Of a DNA stretch of 41,580 nucleotides, positions 37,730 to 41,580 are shown one piece after another. Where the stretch lies: the NCBI GenBank assembly GCA_963777155.1, contig CAVZPM010000015.1, positions 1 to 41,580 on the forward strand, written 5' to 3'. Source of the stretch: Candidatus Bathyarchaeota archaeon. GTDB taxonomy: Archaea; Thermoproteota; Bathyarchaeia; Bathyarchaeales; Bathycorpusculaceae. The first letter of the stretch is position 1, and each line of letters opens with the position of its first letter. The position numbers were made by a program, and so were the translations under genes. The notes beneath the pieces are model-generated. The model worked only from the letters and a program-made list of their open reading frames with translations. It did no database searches and had not been told where the DNA came from.

Positions 37730-38296
37730 CTAGCTTTTAAGTTGTGGGATAACACGGAAAACCGCGTGCATTACTGGTACCGCTACTATTAAGCCGATAA
37801 GCATCTGTACAATATTAAAGGGAACTTCTGCTAAAGCAACCGCGAATGGATAGCCTATAACGAATTGTTCATAAAGAAAATATCCTGCAACCATTTCTAA
37901 ACCCCCAACTATGACTGAGATAGTGGCGCACAGAGTAAGGTTTGAGATTCGCTTTCTAAGATTTACGTTCAAAAAGCCAACGATTAATCCTTCTCCACCT
38001 TTGATGAACAGGGTGCCTGGAGCAAACAGTCCAAAACCTAGGAAGACATCCGATAGTGCTGAGCCTATTCCCCCAGATAATGCGCCCACCAGCGGACCAA
38101 AAATCAGGGCTGTAACGTAAATGGTTGTTTCTCCGATGTTGAAGTAGCCCGACGTAGCTGGGATGGGTATGGGCGGAATCTGCGAAGTGACAACAAACAC
38201 GAGTGCGGCGAAAACTGTTGCTACAGTAATCTTGAAAACTGCGGATTGGTTATACCCTTGTTGTTTTGCTGCTGGTTTCTGTTTTTGCTCCTTCAT
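37730..38296 (-). CDS. ECF transporter S component (DUF1393/HmpT-like)
   Basis: IPIPATSGYFNIGE, GGIGSALSD, APGTLFIKGGEG, PFNIVQ; about 6 TM helices; start may be upstream at 38326. Confidence 0.85.
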   Translation of the reverse strand: MKEQKQKPAAKQQGYNQSAVFKITVATVFAALVFVVTSQIPPIPIPATSGYFNIGETTIYVTALIFGPLVGALSGGIGSALSDVFLGFGLFAPGTLFIKGGEGLIVGFLNVNLRKRISNLTLCATISVIVGGLEMVAGYFLYEQFVIGYPFAVALAEVPFNIVQMLIGLIVAVPVMHAVFRVIPQLKS

Positions 38297-38500
38297 TGAC
38301 TTCACAGCTTCAAGTTTCAGAGACAAATATTTTAAATCGCACTATTAAAACATCCGTGCTAAATCTATGCCAAAAAGAATTTGTCTTAAAATAAGGAAGC
38401 TATAGTTTCCGCCAAACCAAAGAAGTGACATGTTGCGGAAGGGGAAAATCTAAATGTGACCTCTTCGCAGAATAATACAGAACTAAAAGAGTTGCATAAA

Positions 38501-38905
38501 ATGAGCACAGTTAGAGAAGACCCAATTAAGATGCATAAGGACGCTAACGCGTTGATGGAAAACGGCAAATACGCTGAGGCACAAGACCTCTTCGTCAAGG
38601 TAGCTGAACTCTACTATAAAGGTCAGAACTATTTTGGCGCAGCAGAAATGAACTATAAAGCAGGCGAATGCAGTTTTTCACTAAAAGATTACAAGAAAGC
38701 CGCAGAGCTCTTCACAAAATCCGCTGATATTGCCTTAAGCAAAGGATTTGACCGTTATGGCGTTAGTGGACTTGAGCAGGCGCGGGAAAGCCAAAAAGTG
38801 TTGGGCAACACTAAAGAAGCTGACGAGTTAACTAAGAAAATTAATGACCTAAACAAGAAGCAGGAAGAGCCTGAAGGGGAATCATCCTTTTCAGTATTCT
38901 CTTAA
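38501..38905 (+). CDS. TPR / alpha-SNAP-like helical repeat protein
   Basis: Repeated A..LF.K.A..Y helices (AQDLFVKVAELY, AAEMNYKAGEC, AAELFTKSADI); the ORF extends upstream to 38456. Confidence 0.7.
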   Translation: MSTVREDPIKMHKDANALMENGKYAEAQDLFVKVAELYYKGQNYFGAAEMNYKAGECSFSLKDYKKAAELFTKSADIALSKGFDRYGVSGLEQARESQKVLGNTKEADELTKKINDLNKKQEEPEGESSFSVFS

Positions 38906-39042
38906 GCTTGTCCATTTGCCCTAAAGCCTTTCTTTCTTTGATTACTAGATTTTTTGCACCAACATTGGCTAAACGCTTAGTAACGGCTAATTAAATAGAC
39001 AGCTAACACGCTATTTCTATAGGGACAATTTTGGGATTAACC

Positions 39043-40737
39043 ATGCCTACACTCTTCAAATCCCTCGCGGAACTGCTTGAAAAAGTCGAAGCGACCAAAA
39101 AGCGCCTCGAAATCATAGAGCAAACCGCAAACTACCTGAAAACGCTGGATGCCGAAGAGATAGAACCTGCCGTAAACATGATGGTTGGACGAGCCTTCCC
39201 ACAGTACAGCCAAAAAACCCTAGACGTAAGCTGGTCAACTCTCACTCGTATCTTCGAACGCATAAGCGCATTTAACTGGGACCTTTTCCGCCAAGCTATG
39301 GCAAGCACAGGCGACATCGGCTCAGCCACAAAAATCATTCTTGAAAATTCCAAGCCTAAAAAGCAAACCCAACTAACCCAAACATACCTAACACTAACCG
39401 AAGTTAGACGTGCATTTGACGCCATCGCTCAGGTGCAAGGTTCAGGAGCAAGAACCAAAAAAGAACGTCTAATCACTACACTGATGAGCCAAGCTACACC
39501 AGTTGAAGCCAAGTACCTTGTCAAGATTTTTACAGGAGAAATGCGTACGGGCTTAAATGAAGGCTTAATGGAGCAAGCCGTTGCACTTGCCTTCGATGTT
39601 CCTCTCCCAATGGTTCAGCACGCCGGAATGGTTTTAGGTGACATAGGCGAAGTTGCAGAGACCCTGAAATCCCAAGGTCCCCAAGCCCTAGAAAAAGCAG
39701 ATTTCATCGTATTTCGCCCTGTAAAGCTCATGCTTGCGCAAAACGCTCAGTCAATTGACGAAGCGCTGGAGATGCAAGGCGGCAAATCGGCTTTTGAATA
39801 CAAGTACGATGGGGCAAGAGTGCAAATTCACAAACAGAACAATGTGGTTCAGGTTTTCAGTCGAAGATTAACCGATGTAACTGCGAGTTTGCCAGAGGTG
39901 GTTGCAGCCGTAAAACAGAACATACCTGCCCAATCCGCCATTGTGGAAGGAGAAGTGATTTCTTTAGATAGCGCGGGCTGCCCAATTGCATTCCAGCATT
40001 TAATGCGAAGGTTCAAACGAGTTCGAGACGTTGGCGGAATGATGCAGAAGATTCCCTTAACCCTATACCTCTTCGATATCCTCTACTTGAACGGCGAAAG
40101 CCTAATTGCCAAACCCTACATCGAACGAAGAAAAATCTTATCCCAAAACATAGGCGACATTCTCCTGACCAGCCAAATGGTCACCAACCAGCAGTCACAA
40201 GCTCAGGACTTCCTCAAAGAAGCCATCGACGCGGGGCACGAAGGATTGATGGCTAAGAAAACAGACAGCCAATATACGCCTGGGCGCAGAGGCAAACGGT
40301 GGCTTAAAATAAAAACAATCCTTGAACCCTTAGACCTTGTCATAACAGCCGCAGAATACGGTTACGGCAGGCGAAAAGGTTGGCTTTCTGATTATTATCT
40401 TGCCGCAAGAGACTCTGCCACAGGCGAATTCTTGAACATTGGAAAGACCTTCAAGGGGCTAACTGACGCTGAAATCATAGAGTTGACCAGGCGCCTAAAG
40501 GAATCTGCCCTTGACCAAGATGGTCACCGAGTAATCGTCATGCCAAAAATCGTGGTTGAAGTTGCCTACAACGAAATCCAGCAAAGCCCCAAGTACATGA
40601 GTCAGATGGCGTTACGTTTTGCGAGAATCACCCGTATAAGAGACGACAAAACACCGGAGGAAGCCGACACAATTGGTCGGGTTAGGGAAATATATGAAAG
40701 GCAGTTCCGCAATAAAGGCAAATACAGCACACGTTAA
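39043..40737 (+). CDS. lig: ATP-dependent DNA ligase
   Basis: EYKYDGARVQIH (motif I), VEGEV, LFDILY, EGLMAK, WLKIK, LRFARITRIRDDK. Confidence 0.96.
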   Translation: MPTLFKSLAELLEKVEATKKRLEIIEQTANYLKTLDAEEIEPAVNMMVGRAFPQYSQKTLDVSWSTLTRIFERISAFNWDLFRQAMASTGDIGSATKIILENSKPKKQTQLTQTYLTLTEVRRAFDAIAQVQGSGARTKKERLITTLMSQATPVEAKYLVKIFTGEMRTGLNEGLMEQAVALAFDVPLPMVQHAGMVLGDIGEVAETLKSQGPQALEKADFIVFRPVKLMLAQNAQSIDEALEMQGGKSAFEYKYDGARVQIHKQNNVVQVFSRRLTDVTASLPEVVAAVKQNIPAQSAIVEGEVISLDSAGCPIAFQHLMRRFKRVRDVGGMMQKIPLTLYLFDILYLNGESLIAKPYIERRKILSQNIGDILLTSQMVTNQQSQAQDFLKEAIDAGHEGLMAKKTDSQYTPGRRGKRWLKIKTILEPLDLVITAAEYGYGRRKGWLSDYYLAARDSATGEFLNIGKTFKGLTDAEIIELTRRLKESALDQDGHRVIVMPKIVVEVAYNEIQQSPKYMSQMALRFARITRIRDDKTPEEADTIGRVREIYERQFRNKGKYSTR

Positions 40738-40753
40738 CAAGGAGAACAGTCAA

Positions 40754-41580
40754 ATGGATTTGGCAGAAAAACGGTCATTTGCAAGGGAATTCTACAGTCG
40801 TCAGACCATACTCAAAGAGTTGGGCGAGAAGGGGCAGCAGAAGCTCGCGGAATCTAAAGTCGCCGTCGTTGGCGTAGGCGGATTAGGTACAGTATCTTCA
40901 CTTTACCTGGCTTTGGCAGGTGTTGGTTACATCCGTTTAATAGACCAAGACACCATTGAACCGCATAACCTCCACCGCCAAATCCTCTACAACCCAGACG
41001 ACCTGCACTACCCCAAAACCGAGGTTGCAGCAAAACGGCTGGAAAAACAAAACCCTCTGGTAAAGGTTGAAGCGATTTCCGAAAACGTGAATGCAGGTAA
41101 TGTTGAACGGCTTCTGAATGGTGTTGACTGCGTTGTAGATGGGTTAGACAACATGATCACCCGTTACCTTGTTAATCGCGCCTGCGTAAAACTGGGCATC
41201 CCATATGTTTTTGGCGCAGCCATCGGCATAGAAGGCAACCTGTCCGTTTTTGCTCCACCCGACACAGGCTGCCTTGAATGTTTAATGCCTAACCTCTCCG
41301 ACTCAGACCTGCTAACCTGCAACACCCGCGGTGTCCTAGGCGCCACAACTGGAATAATCGGCTCCCTGCAAGCGATGGAAACCATAAAACTCCTAACAGG
41401 CGTAGGCTCTACCCTAAAAAATAAGCTGATGGTTTGTGACTTCAGCGACATGGACTTCACCATAATTGACATCTCAAAAAACACTCGTTGCCCCGTGTGC
41501 CATGGCGAAGTAGCGTCGATTGCGGGCGGAGAGCGATTGGTTTGGCTCTGCGGCAAAGAAACCGCCAACATCAACCCCGA
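40754..41580 (+). CDS. ThiF/MoeB/HesA (E1-like) protein, 3' end outside the window (not in ORF track)
   Basis: FYSRQTIL, VVGVGGLG, HNLHRQILY, VDGLDN, CLEC and CPVC Zn motifs, catalytic-loop Cys in TCNTRGVLG; AAGGAG SD. Confidence 0.93.
   Translation, partial: MDLAEKRSFAREFYSRQTILKELGEKGQQKLAESKVAVVGVGGLGTVSSLYLALAGVGYIRLIDQDTIEPHNLHRQILYNPDDLHYPKTEVAAKRLEKQNPLVKVEAISENVNAGNVERLLNGVDCVVDGLDNMITRYLVNRACVKLGIPYVFGAAIGIEGNLSVFAPPDTGCLECLMPNLSDSDLLTCNTRGVLGATTGIIGSLQAMETIKLLTGVGSTLKNKLMVCDFSDMDFTIIDISKNTRCPVCHGEVASIAGGERLVWLCGKETANINP

Noticed and set aside
208-41574. Many antisense or off-frame ORFs in the track, e.g. 670-1107, 6204-6551, 23591-24007, 27775-28221, 37301-37792, 41164-41574
   Set aside because: They are shadows of well-supported genes and show no recognisable motifs.
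1-41580. Integrase, transposase, reverse transcriptase/DGR, rRNA, or Sec/Pyl read-through
   Set aside because: I found no supporting motifs, template/variable repeat pairs, or in-frame stops within conserved domains.

Overview
This is archaeal chromosomal DNA. Bathyarchaeia (TACK) is my inference from the archaeal r-protein set, the DUF131 pair, the histidine kinase style and the gene order; it was not checked by a search. The left half is mixed metabolic and accessory DNA: a LeuA/CimA-type synthase, an LLM oxidoreductase, an MFS exporter, a ferredoxin-like protein, an orphan GAF-PAS histidine kinase, an SDR, RPA, two DUF131 proteins, a SWIM-finger protein, Hsp20, an intron-containing tRNA-Met, a VapBC pair, a flavodoxin, an acyl-CoA ligase and hypFCD plus hypE. 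The centre (20.7-33.5 kb) is the S10/spc ribosomal cluster from rpl22 to secY, DUF106 and cmk, interrupted between rpl30 and rpl15 by an Hsp20-like gene. The right end holds a processive GT2 flanked by two small membrane genes, a radical SAM gene, an ECF S-component with an AIR-synthase-like gene, a TPR/SNAP-like protein, DNA ligase and a truncated ThiF/MoeB gene. About 11 single-base indels break essential genes (secY, rps3, rps4e, RPA) as well as hypE and the acyl-CoA ligase; these are almost certainly sequencing errors. I saw no CRISPR array, transposase or integrase. The best leads are the GT2 module, alternating A/C- and G/T-rich blocks inside genes, a five-hairpin element upstream of rpl22, the Hsp20-like gene coupled to rpl15-secY, Lys/Ala/Pro tails on five r-proteins, a non-canonical 45/46 tRNA intron and three uncalled small ORFs. 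None is proven to be a new system.
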